Source of the DNA: Chlamydiia bacterium
Lineage (GTDB): Bacteria; Chlamydiota; Chlamydiia; Chlamydiales; Parachlamydiaceae
Assembly: GCA_038257035.1 (NCBI GenBank)
Contig: JBBSJT010000038.1
Span: 1-19,400, forward strand
Direction: 5' to 3'
Length of the DNA: 19,400 nucleotides
Position 1 is the first letter of the stretch; the number at the start of each line of letters is the position of its first letter. Positions 1 to 8,306 of the stretch are shown here, piece by piece. Under the pieces are notes generated by a model. It saw only the letters and a list, made by a program, of their open reading frames with translations, was not told where the DNA came from and did no database searches. The translations under genes and the position numbers were made by a program.

Positions 1-477
1 ACTTTATTTTAAACGTTGGGGAGCAGAAGAAAATTATAAGTTTTTTAAAGTGTCTTTAGAAATAGAAAATTTCAGTGGAAAATCGTGCACCGCAATAGAA
101 CAAGATTTTCACACCACTGTCTTAGTGGCCAATTCGAGAGCTCTTTTATCCTTAGAAGCAATGCAGGAGATCAATTGCAATGCTAATAATTCATTAAATT
201 CAAAACCAAAGAAATATACTTATGCAATAAATAAAAGCGTTGCGGTAGATACTTTAAAACATGATTTTGTTTCAGCACTTTTGAACCCTAATATTTACAT
301 GGAAAGTTTTTGTAAAAGAGTAAAAAACATAATAAAGACTAATCTAATTCCTAAAAGGCCTGGAAGAAGGTTTCAAAGAACACGGAAACATCCACATCGA
401 AAGTATCATATGAACCAACGATGAGGAAATGTGCCATGAAAAAACTATATAATAATTTTGTTAAGTTAATGACATTG
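1..477 (+). mobile_element. Right part of an IS4-family insertion sequence, putative right terminal IR at 461-477
   Basis: The transposase is followed 36 nt later by TTAAGTTAATGACATTG (reverse complement CAATGTCATTAACTTAA), which resembles IS4-family CAAT- ends. The left end is outside the window, so the IR cannot be confirmed. Confidence 0.7.
2..424 (+). CDS. IS4-family transposase, C-terminal part (truncated by window start)
   Basis: The frame is open from base 2 and reads LYFKRWGAEENYKFFK, an exact Y-2-R-3-E-6-K (YREK) IS4 signature. It continues with IENFSGKS...IEQDF and a basic tail (PKRPGRRFQR). Confidence 0.88.
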   Translation, partial: LYFKRWGAEENYKFFKVSLEIENFSGKSCTAIEQDFHTTVLVANSRALLSLEAMQEINCNANNSLNSKPKKYTYAINKSVAVDTLKHDFVSALLNPNIYMESFCKRVKNIIKTNLIPKRPGRRFQRTRKHPHRKYHMNQR

Positions 478-519
478 GGGCAACGCCCTGGGCTGTTGCA
501 ATTTAAGCCCTTCGGGCTA
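478..519. repeat. REP-like GC-rich palindromic unit
   Basis: GGGC-AAC-GCCC-TGGGCT followed by the hairpin AGCCC-TTC-GGGCT, a GC-rich patch in AT-rich intergenic DNA. Confidence 0.5.
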
Positions 520-586
520 TTGGTCAATTAAACTAAAGTAAAGCGAAGATTAAAATAATTTATTGTCAATTATGCAATTACCTCTA

Positions 587-697
587 AAGGACTAAAAGGA
601 CAAGTCCACCGTCTTGACAGTAGTTTAAATACAAAATTAACTTCTCATGAAAAAATTTGAAAACGATTTATAAAGTTGATTTATCCTTTTTGTCCTT
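587..697. repeat. Imperfect inverted repeat with 9-nt periodic arms
   Basis: AAGGACTAAAAGGACAA (587-603) versus TTATCCTTTTTGTCCTT (681-697): 15 of 17 positions complementary. Confidence 0.5.
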
Positions 698-771
698 GAA
701 AATTCAAAAAAAATAATTGCATAATTTTCCTTGTAACTCTAAGGTCGGGTTTTTAATACTAGGAAAGAATA

Positions 772-2208
772 ATGGTATCTGAACCTGCAAAAAAACAAAA
801 ATTGTCTCTATTTGCCTTGACAGCTATGGTTGTGGGTTCGATGATTGGTGCCGGTATTTTTTCATTGCCGCGAACTTTTGGGCTTGCGACAGGCCCTTTT
901 GGTGCCATCATTGCTTGGTGCATTGCAGGCCTTGGCATGTATATGCTAGCAAGGGTCTTTCAATTACTTGCCTCACGAAAACCCCATCTTGATGCAGGTA
1001 TTTATGCCTATGCACGAGCAGGTTTTGGCGATTATCCAGGATTTCTATCAGCTCTTGGGTATTGGCTTGGAAACTGTGCAGGAAACGTCTCTTTTTGGAT
1101 ATTAATTGTATCAACCCTTGGGGCCTTTTTTCCGGTTTTTGGTGATGGCAATACAATAACAGCAATTGTTTTCGCCTCTATTGGTATCTGGTTTTTTCAT
1201 TTTACCATCTTAAAGGGTGTTAAACAAGCAACGTTCATCAACTCTGTTGTCACAGTTGCAAAAGTTATTCCCATTATAACTTTCATCCTTATCTTATTTT
1301 TTGCCTTTAAAGTAGATGTTTTTTCTGCCAATTTTTGGGGTGGTATTGAAATGCCTGAAACCTCACTTTTTGACCAAGTGCGCGAAACCATGTTAGTCAC
1401 GGTGTTTGTCTTTTTAGGAATCGAGGGAGCAAGCGTTTATTCTAGGTACGCTAAAACAAGAAGAGATGTTGGAACTGCGACAATTTTGGGTTTTATTAGT
1501 GTGCTTAGCTTGATGGTACTTGTGACTCTTTTACCTTATGCTGTAATGCCACGGGTTGAAATTGCAGCACTAAGACAGCCTTCGATGGCTGCAGTGTTAG
1601 AGCAAGTTGTCGGACCTTGGGGAGCCATTTTTATAAGCATCGGACTCATTATTTCTGTTTTGGGTGCCTATCTTGCGTGGTTGTTAATCTCCTCTGAAGT
1701 TTTATTTACAGCTGCTAGAACTGATGACATGCCAAAAATTTTTGCAACCGAAAACGAAAATAAAGCTCCCGAGGCTGCCCTTTGGTTAACAAATATTGTC
1801 ATTCAACTTTTGGTGATTAGTACCTATTGGGCAGAAGATGCCTTTGTACTCATGTTAAGTTTAACAAGTGTCATGGGATTGATTCCTTACCTCTTTGTTG
1901 CAGCTTATGGCTATTTAATTGCAAAACGGGGCGAAACGTATGAAAATGAACCAAAAGATCAAAAAAGGGATTTGATTATTGCAAGTATAGCTTTTGTTTA
2001 TACAATTTTCATGATTTACGCCGGCGGCATGAAGTTTTTATTATTATCAGCAGCTCTTTATGCACCGGGAACTATTCTTTATGTGATTACAAGAAAAGAG
2101 CAAAAAAAACAGGTTTTTAAACCAACTGATTGGATCATTTTTGGTCTCATTGCTCTCGGTGGAATTATCGCGGTGATTGGACTATTTTCTGGTTCCATCA
2201 TCATTTAA
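772..2208 (+). CDS. Basic amino acid/polyamine antiporter (APC superfamily, ArcD/AaxC-like)
   Basis: 478 aa with about 12 hydrophobic segments. Motifs VVGSMIGAGIFSLP, GIYAYARAGFG and VFVFLGIEGASVYS are typical of the APA family. Confidence 0.92.
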   Translation: MVSEPAKKQKLSLFALTAMVVGSMIGAGIFSLPRTFGLATGPFGAIIAWCIAGLGMYMLARVFQLLASRKPHLDAGIYAYARAGFGDYPGFLSALGYWLGNCAGNVSFWILIVSTLGAFFPVFGDGNTITAIVFASIGIWFFHFTILKGVKQATFINSVVTVAKVIPIITFILILFFAFKVDVFSANFWGGIEMPETSLFDQVRETMLVTVFVFLGIEGASVYSRYAKTRRDVGTATILGFISVLSLMVLVTLLPYAVMPRVEIAALRQPSMAAVLEQVVGPWGAIFISIGLIISVLGAYLAWLLISSEVLFTAARTDDMPKIFATENENKAPEAALWLTNIVIQLLVISTYWAEDAFVLMLSLTSVMGLIPYLFVAAYGYLIAKRGETYENEPKDQKRDLIIASIAFVYTIFMIYAGGMKFLLLSAALYAPGTILYVITRKEQKKQVFKPTDWIIFGLIALGGIIAVIGLFSGSIII

Positions 2209-2230
2209 AATTAAATTACAAAAGTTAAAG

Positions 2231-3454
2231 CTACATAGAATTGCCGGCGATCCATGAGGTGGTCCAGGCGTTCTGAAAATTGAAACCACCTGTGATTCCA
2301 TCGATATCTAAAACTTCACCTGCAAAATATAAGCCTTTTACAATACGGCTTTCCATTGTTTTAAAATTGACTTCATTCAGACTAACGCCCCCGCATGTGA
2401 CAAATTCTTCTTTAAATGTTGTTTTGCCATCAATTTGATAAATATCGTTTTTGATCTTTTCCACCACTTGATTGATCTGCTTTGATGTTACCTGAGACCA
2501 TTTGGATAAATCATTAGCTTTTAACAATTCTGCAGTTAATTTTTTCCATAAATTTTTTGGTACATCAATTGGTGAGTCGGTTGTAACAAGTCGTAAAGGA
2601 TTTTTCTCTTTGTGATTTTCCAAAATATTTTTAAGTTCCTGATGCGAAGTATCAGGAAGCCAGTTGATATGTAAAGCGGCTTTATATTGTAGTTCGCTCA
2701 AAATTCGTGCTCCAAAAGCTGAAAGCTTTAAAACTGCCGGTCCACTAAAGCCAAAGTGAGTAATTAGCAGAGGTCCTGTTTGTTGCAATGTTGTATTGCC
2801 AATTTTTAGATGCGCTTTTTGAACGGATATGCCTGAAAGATCGGTTAATTTAGAGCTTGGAACATTAAAAGTAAAAAGAGAGGGAACAGGCGCTACAATT
2901 GTATGACCCAAATTTTTGATCAGCTCATGAACCTTTCCTTGACTTCCCGTTGCTATTAAAAGTTTGTCACAATAAAGGGTCTCACCCGTACTGCAAAGGC
3001 AAGAAAAGCCATCATCCGTTTTTATAATTTCTTGAATGGAACATTCTGTTTTTAATTGGACGCCACATTGTTTTGCAGCAGACATTAAGCAATTTATAAT
3101 TGTCTCTGATGAATCTGTGATTGGAAACATGCGTCCATCAGCTTCTGTCTTAAGAGGTACACCCCTTTTTAGAAACCATTCGATTGTCTGTTTTGGTTGA
3201 AATGTTGTAAATGCACTTCTTAATTCCCTTTCCCCCCTTGGATAATTTTTAAGAAGAGCTGTTACATCAAAACAAGAATGGGTGACATTACAACGGCCAC
3301 CGCCTGAAACCCGCACCTTGGAAAGAACAGTACGCGCTTTTTCAATGATAATAACTTCAGCTTTTGGATTATCTTCCTTACAAGCAATTGCGCCGAAAAA
3401 TCCCGCAGCTCCACCGCCAATAATAATAACTTTTTTATTGTCTTCTTTAAGCAT
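2231..3454 (-). CDS. HI0933/BaiN/YhiN-family NAD(P)/FAD-dependent oxidoreductase
   Basis: IIGGGAAG dinucleotide motif, SGGGRCNVT, TGPLLITHFGFSGPAVL and GLYFAGEVLDIDGITGGFNFQNAW. Confidence 0.93.
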   Translation of the reverse strand: MLKEDNKKVIIIGGGAAGFFGAIACKEDNPKAEVIIIEKARTVLSKVRVSGGGRCNVTHSCFDVTALLKNYPRGERELRSAFTTFQPKQTIEWFLKRGVPLKTEADGRMFPITDSSETIINCLMSAAKQCGVQLKTECSIQEIIKTDDGFSCLCSTGETLYCDKLLIATGSQGKVHELIKNLGHTIVAPVPSLFTFNVPSSKLTDLSGISVQKAHLKIGNTTLQQTGPLLITHFGFSGPAVLKLSAFGARILSELQYKAALHINWLPDTSHQELKNILENHKEKNPLRLVTTDSPIDVPKNLWKKLTAELLKANDLSKWSQVTSKQINQVVEKIKNDIYQIDGKTTFKEEFVTCGGVSLNEVNFKTMESRIVKGLYFAGEVLDIDGITGGFNFQNAWTTSWIAGNSM

Positions 3455-3791
3455 GAATAATTACCCTATTTGTAAATAGAACAGCATAGACTATTTGTAT
3501 TTGAATGTAAATTAAGGTTTTAACTTTAAGTCAATATCCCGAAGATTTAAATTTTTTGTCAGTTTACCCTATTTTTTTACCTTGAAGACGATAAATTCTT
3601 AAAAAGAATCTCAATAATCTATTGTATTAATAAAAAAGGAATGCTATCTAAAAGTTATTAATACGGAGCCCGTACGAAAAAATTTGTTATAGCTTGGGTT
3701 TATACTGCCAAATCCATAATGTGATAAACAATAGGCTAATACCGAAAGACAAATCGACATTAAGTGGGGTAATGAGAATGGAAAATTCTAT

Positions 3792-4217
3792 ATGAACAAA
3801 AAAAAAAAGGCACTATCTGGAGTTTCCATGATAGAATTTGCTTTATTGCTTCCTATTCTTCTGCTTCTTCTTGTCGGGATCGTTGACATAAGCGTTTTAT
3901 TGCTAGATAAAGCGATTATAACGAATGCAAGCCGTGAAGGGGCAAGATATGGAGTTGTCTTAAGACAGCCAACTTATGCTAGTATGGATAGTATCACTAC
4001 CTACACAACGAATTATTGCAACAACAAACTTATCTCCTTTAGTTCTCCTGCCCCTCAAGTCACTGTTGTCGCCACACCATCTTCCCCTATTCCTCAATTT
4101 GGTGATACGCTATCCGTTTCTGTCAGTTTTGTCTACACAGATCTAATGCTACATTATTTTATAAACCACTCTCAGCAATACACCTTAAATGCAACAACAG
4201 TGATGATGTATGAATAG
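3792..4217 (+). CDS. tadE: TadE/TadF-like minor pseudopilin
   Basis: Basic leader, then G|VSMIEFALLLPILLLLLVGIVD (class III signal with Glu+5) and NASREGARYG, the TadE motif. Confidence 0.9.
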   Translation: MNKKKKALSGVSMIEFALLLPILLLLLVGIVDISVLLLDKAIITNASREGARYGVVLRQPTYASMDSITTYTTNYCNNKLISFSSPAPQVTVVATPSSPIPQFGDTLSVSVSFVYTDLMLHYFINHSQQYTLNATTVMMYE

Positions 4218-5217
4218 ACGCCAATTCGCAGATAAAAAAGGTCTAAGAAAGATTAAAGGCCAGGTCATGATCATGGTTGGCCTCTGGTTGACGGTTCTTT
4301 TAATGTTTGCAGCATTGACAATAGAAATCGGGCGTTTGTTGATTGTTCGAAATGAACTTCAAAATGCCGCCGATTCAGCAGCACTCCAGGGTGCATCTTA
4401 CTTATATCCCTCCACAAATCAACCCAATTGGTCTCTTGCCCAATCCGAAGCTTTGTCTGCCATTCCGAACAATAAAGTTGAAAAAGTTACTCTAAGCAAT
4501 GGTACTATAACTACCGGTTATTGGAATTTAACCACTTCTACTATGAAATCTGATACAAGTACTCCAATCGCGGGTGATGTGCCTGCAGTGAAGGTCACCA
4601 TTTCAAAATCGGCGGGAAATAATGGGGGACCTGTAAATCTTTATTTTGGGTCACTTCTTGGTATGCCTTCTGTTAATTTGAGTGCAACCGCAGTAGCCGT
4701 TAGTGGATCTCCCGCCGGCGTAAATGCAAATGAACTTTTTCCTATCGCTATGGCAAAATCTTTGTACGATAGTTATTGGGATAGCATCAATAATACACCC
4801 AAAATTGATCCTTTAACAGGAAATCCATACATTTTTCAAATAAATTCAGGCCCGCAAGGAGGGTGGACATCATTTTTACAACAATTGAATGATACCCCAT
4901 CTGTTAGAGCGCTTGTCAGCAACGGTAATCCAACTCCATTGTCAATTGGGCAAAACATCTATTTTTCACCCGGCGTGAAAACCGATATATATTCCTACGT
5001 TCCTACGAATAAAGATGTCTTTGTTGCCATCACCTCCGATACAACACCAGGATCATTTGGTCCGATAGTTGCTTTTGGTGCCCTTCATATCGATTTTGCA
5101 GTAGGAGGGAGTTCTAAATATATTCAAGTGCAATTTACAACTAACCTGAAAATTCCTAGTGGCGAGCCAGGAGGTCCAAGTTATGGACTTTATACACCCG
5201 CACGGTTAGCAAATTAA
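4210..5217 (+). CDS. tadG: TadG-like pilus assembly protein (no vWA domain evident)
   Basis: G|QVMIMV hydrophobic N-terminus, then IEIGRL...RNELQNAADSAALQGA, the Tad N-terminal motif. Overlaps tadE by 8 nt. Confidence 0.87.
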   Translation: MNRRQFADKKGLRKIKGQVMIMVGLWLTVLLMFAALTIEIGRLLIVRNELQNAADSAALQGASYLYPSTNQPNWSLAQSEALSAIPNNKVEKVTLSNGTITTGYWNLTTSTMKSDTSTPIAGDVPAVKVTISKSAGNNGGPVNLYFGSLLGMPSVNLSATAVAVSGSPAGVNANELFPIAMAKSLYDSYWDSINNTPKIDPLTGNPYIFQINSGPQGGWTSFLQQLNDTPSVRALVSNGNPTPLSIGQNIYFSPGVKTDIYSYVPTNKDVFVAITSDTTPGSFGPIVAFGALHIDFAVGGSSKYIQVQFTTNLKIPSGEPGGPSYGLYTPARLAN

Positions 5218-5252
5218 AATTTAAATAGAAAATTTAAGAGAAAAGACAAGAA

Positions 5253-6059
5253 TTATTGATTACCAACAAAAAAAAGAAACAATATAGCCCCACTAGCGAC
5301 TAGGGAAAGATAGCACCCATAAGAAACTTCTTTTTTAAGAAAGCCTATTGCTGTCGGTTTCTCAGATCTAACAAATTTGACGAATGTGAAAGCAATGAGC
5401 AAAAACAAGGCAATGACAAGTACAGGAAAAAGCAATTTGATTCCAATACAAGCACCTACTCCCGCATTTAACTTAAAATCTCCTGGGAACATTCCATCCT
5501 GATGCCTAAAATAGCGAAAGATCTCATTAATTATCCAAAATATCCCATAACCTGCACTTGCTCCTATAATAGCTTCAGAGGGCGTTAAGAAAATAGGAAA
5601 AAGCGATCCAATCAGACCTGTCCAAACCAAACCTTGAGTCAATTGATCAGGTAAAATGGAATAATCATAATCCGTTAAAAAACAACAAACCAACAAACTA
5701 ATAACGATCCAAACAAAAATTAATGAGGGTAATGAAGAAGCAAATAGAGCCGTTGCACCAAAAATTATTGCCATGCCGACTTCTAATAGAAAATATCTTT
5801 TATATTCAAAATCGCAAGTTTTGCATTTACCTTTCGAATAAAAATAGCCTAAAACGGGAATACCTTCTAATAAACCCCTCTGATTTTTGCAGTTCCAGCA
5901 GAAAGGTTTTTGAAAGGCCCATCTAAAAATATCCCTCGGTTCCCTACCTAATTCGCATCCTTCAAGGAGTATTGGCGGAAGGTAAAAAGTGACCATCCCT
6001 ACTAATTTTCCGATAAACGCTCCGAGACATATTGATAAAAGTACACTTAAGTATAACAT
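5253..6059 (-). CDS. A24-family prepilin peptidase, PilD-like with N-terminal Cys4 domain
   Basis: CWNC...IPVLGY..SKGKCKTC matches the PilD Zn-binding domain. Both catalytic Asp motifs are present (LTDYDYSILPD and GDFKL), with several TM segments. Confidence 0.87.
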   Translation of the reverse strand: MLYLSVLLSICLGAFIGKLVGMVTFYLPPILLEGCELGREPRDIFRWAFQKPFCWNCKNQRGLLEGIPVLGYFYSKGKCKTCDFEYKRYFLLEVGMAIIFGATALFASSLPSLIFVWIVISLLVCCFLTDYDYSILPDQLTQGLVWTGLIGSLFPIFLTPSEAIIGASAGYGIFWIINEIFRYFRHQDGMFPGDFKLNAGVGACIGIKLLFPVLVIALFLLIAFTFVKFVRSEKPTAIGFLKKEVSYGCYLSLVASGAILFLFFVGNQ

Positions 6060-6246
6060 GAGTAAAATAGTCTCATTTTCTTTTAACCTTACTATATTTT
6101 TTTTTAAAATTTATGTATATGGAGATTAAATTCAATTTTTAAGAGAAGAACACTATAGAATCTAAACCTCTTAATACCAATGATATAGGGGAATTGCTTA
6201 AATAAGTTCAATATATATAAAAAAATATTTAATTTATATTGGTATC

Positions 6247-6255
6247 TGTTATAAT
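6247..6255 (+). promoter_or_regulatory. Putative extended -10 promoter for the flp genes
   Basis: TGTTATAAT is a perfect TGnTATAAT about 60 nt upstream of the flp1 ATG. AT-rich context lowers its specificity. Confidence 0.45.
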
Positions 6256-6314
6256 ACAGTAAGAAGTATACGAGCTGTATATGCGTCTTAATAATCCTTA
6301 AATAAGGAGAGTAT

Positions 6315-6470
6315 ATGACAAATTATCAATTAAATAAAATTAAAGGCGTGACAATGATCGAGTACGTACTAATTGCCGGACTCATTTCCATTGCCGCTGT
6401 CGCACTGTTGACACCACTCGGGGGCAAAATAGTTGCCATATTCCAAAACATTTCTAATGCGATACCTTGA
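6315..6470 (+). CDS. flp: Flp-family major pilin, copy 1 (51 aa, absent from the ORF track)
   Basis: MTNYQLNKIKG|VTMIEYVLIAGLISIAAVALLTPLGGKIVAIFQNISNAIP with the Flp motif G|xxxxEY. Shine-Dalgarno AAGGAG immediately upstream. Confidence 0.95.
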   Translation: MTNYQLNKIKGVTMIEYVLIAGLISIAAVALLTPLGGKIVAIFQNISNAIP

Positions 6471-6523
6471 TTTTAGTGTGAATAGGATTATTTAAATTTC
6501 TACTCTAAATAAAGGAGAAAGAT

Positions 6524-6679
6524 ATGACAAAATATCAATTAAATAAAATTAAAGGCGTGACAATGATCGAGTACGTACTAATTGCCGGATTGATTTCGAT
6601 TGCTGCAGTTGCCTTGCTCACACCACTTGGAGGTAAAATAGTTGCCATATTCCAAAATATTTCTAATGCAATACCTTGA
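6524..6679 (+). CDS. flp: Flp-family major pilin, copy 2 (51 aa, absent from the ORF track)
   Basis: MTKYQLNKIKG|VTMIEYVLIAGLISIAAVALLTPLGGKIVAIFQNISNAIP with its own AAGGAG. The mature peptide is identical to copy 1. Confidence 0.95.
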   Translation: MTKYQLNKIKGVTMIEYVLIAGLISIAAVALLTPLGGKIVAIFQNISNAIP

Positions 6680-6694
6680 TATATAGCCATAGGC

Positions 6695-8236
6695 TTACTG
6701 TGTTAGCTGTGTAACAATTTTACTGATCATTGGAGCAAAGACAAAAAATATGAAAAGTGGGAAAAATGCTACAATAATAATAGGAATAACAATCTGACTA
6801 GTTTTTGTGGCTGTTTTTTCTATTAATAACATTTTTTTTTCTTGATAGGTATTTGTCATTTCGATAACGGAATCGATAATAGATTCTCCATGAAGTGAAG
6901 AAATGGCCATGATTTCAGAAAAATCAATTACACTGTCAAATGGTAACCTATGGGCAAGTCTTTGCCAAGTTCTAGCTTGCTCTTCACCGCAATTCAAAGC
7001 CAATTCGGTGCGGCAAAGCTCATCGTTTAATATTTTCGGAATGTTGTATTTAACTGCATTTAAAGCGAACTGAAAGGATAAGTAGTTATTCAAACCGGTA
7101 TACAAGCCAATAATAAATATTTGTAAGATTTCAGGAAATATTTCAACTGTATTTATCAATTGATCATCCATTACTCCCTTTAATATAAAATTAAAAAGGA
7201 ATTTTGTCAGGAAGTATCCAACAATAAAGCAGATCAGAATGGTAACAAAATCCTCAGTAAAACCGGAAATTAAATAGGCAAAAATAAATCCAAGAAAGAG
7301 AGGAGCCAAATTAAACAAATTCATTTTTAATGAAGTCCATTTAACATTCGAATATTTAAAAATTTCTTCTTGAGTCAATTTTCTGCTTTTCAAAAACTGT
7401 TTAACGTGTGGCTTCATAGAGGAGGCTCGAGTGAATTCAAGAGATGTCATTCGACTCACAACAATAATTCCGACAAAAGACCAAATAATCAAAAAAACAA
7501 AGATGTATTTTAACTCCGGTGAAAGTAAGTATTTAAATTGATCTTTTAATAAAAATCCTAAAGCTACAAATATTACCATGAAGATTCCAATTGTAAGCCA
7601 TGCATACGTGCTTCCACCCGAAAGAATCGTACGAATTTTTTCATCTGCCTTTTCTTTTTGTTTAAGAACGTTTGAAATTTTTTTTAGTAAGGGACTGATG
7701 CCAACCCCAAGTTCATTGTAGGAGTTTAATAGGAAAATTATAAAAATTAATCCCGTATTTGGAAATTGGGTATCCACTTCTCTTAGAAGAGTGTCGAGAT
7801 TCTTGCCTAACTTATATTTTAATATCACATCGTTAACTTTAACTTTGAATTTACCCTTCAAGTGTGCTACCGCTTGTGTTAAAGCTTGATCCATGGAAAT
7901 TCCAACCGAAAGTGCATTTGCTAAAGCTTCTGAAAAATAGGGAATTGAATGGGCAATTTCCAAACGTTCTTTTTCTTTAGATGATTTACGCTTCATAATT
8001 AAAAAAAATACAAGCGGAAAATATAAAATTCCATACCAAATGTTTATTTCACGACCCAAGACTAAAACAATAAAACATACATAGAGAATTAAAATATTTA
8101 TATAAGTAAGGGCAGTAAAGAAACTTGGAACAATTAGAAAGTCATGTAGGATTGATCCAAACAATGAAGTTTTTTCATTCGAGACGGGATCTTGGAAAGT
8201 TGTAATTGTATTATCTTGTAAGGTACTTTTTTCCAT
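6695..8236 (-). CDS. Type II secretion system F-family platform protein, apparent TadB-TadC fusion
   Basis: Two T2SSF-like domains (IPYFSEALANALSVGISMDQAL; FPEILQIFIIGLYTGLN...FQFAL), each followed by TM helices. Lies directly downstream of tadA. Start is ATG 8236 or TTG 8242. Confidence 0.8.
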   Translation of the reverse strand: MEKSTLQDNTITTFQDPVSNEKTSLFGSILHDFLIVPSFFTALTYINILILYVCFIVLVLGREINIWYGILYFPLVFFLIMKRKSSKEKERLEIAHSIPYFSEALANALSVGISMDQALTQAVAHLKGKFKVKVNDVILKYKLGKNLDTLLREVDTQFPNTGLIFIIFLLNSYNELGVGISPLLKKISNVLKQKEKADEKIRTILSGGSTYAWLTIGIFMVIFVALGFLLKDQFKYLLSPELKYIFVFLIIWSFVGIIVVSRMTSLEFTRASSMKPHVKQFLKSRKLTQEEIFKYSNVKWTSLKMNLFNLAPLFLGFIFAYLISGFTEDFVTILICFIVGYFLTKFLFNFILKGVMDDQLINTVEIFPEILQIFIIGLYTGLNNYLSFQFALNAVKYNIPKILNDELCRTELALNCGEEQARTWQRLAHRLPFDSVIDFSEIMAISSLHGESIIDSVIEMTNTYQEKKMLLIEKTATKTSQIVIPIIIVAFFPLFIFFVFAPMISKIVTQLTQ

Positions 8237-8306
8237 TTTCAATCCCGCCTATTCTCCGTTATGTTTTACATCCATAAATTTTATAGTGCTATCCACAAAG
8301 CCAAAC

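Noticed and set aside
6246..6259. CTGT-TATAAT-ACAG as a LexA box
   Set aside because: The spacer is 6 nt rather than the 8 nt of the CTGT-N8-ACAG consensus. It could still be another operator, but nothing supports that.
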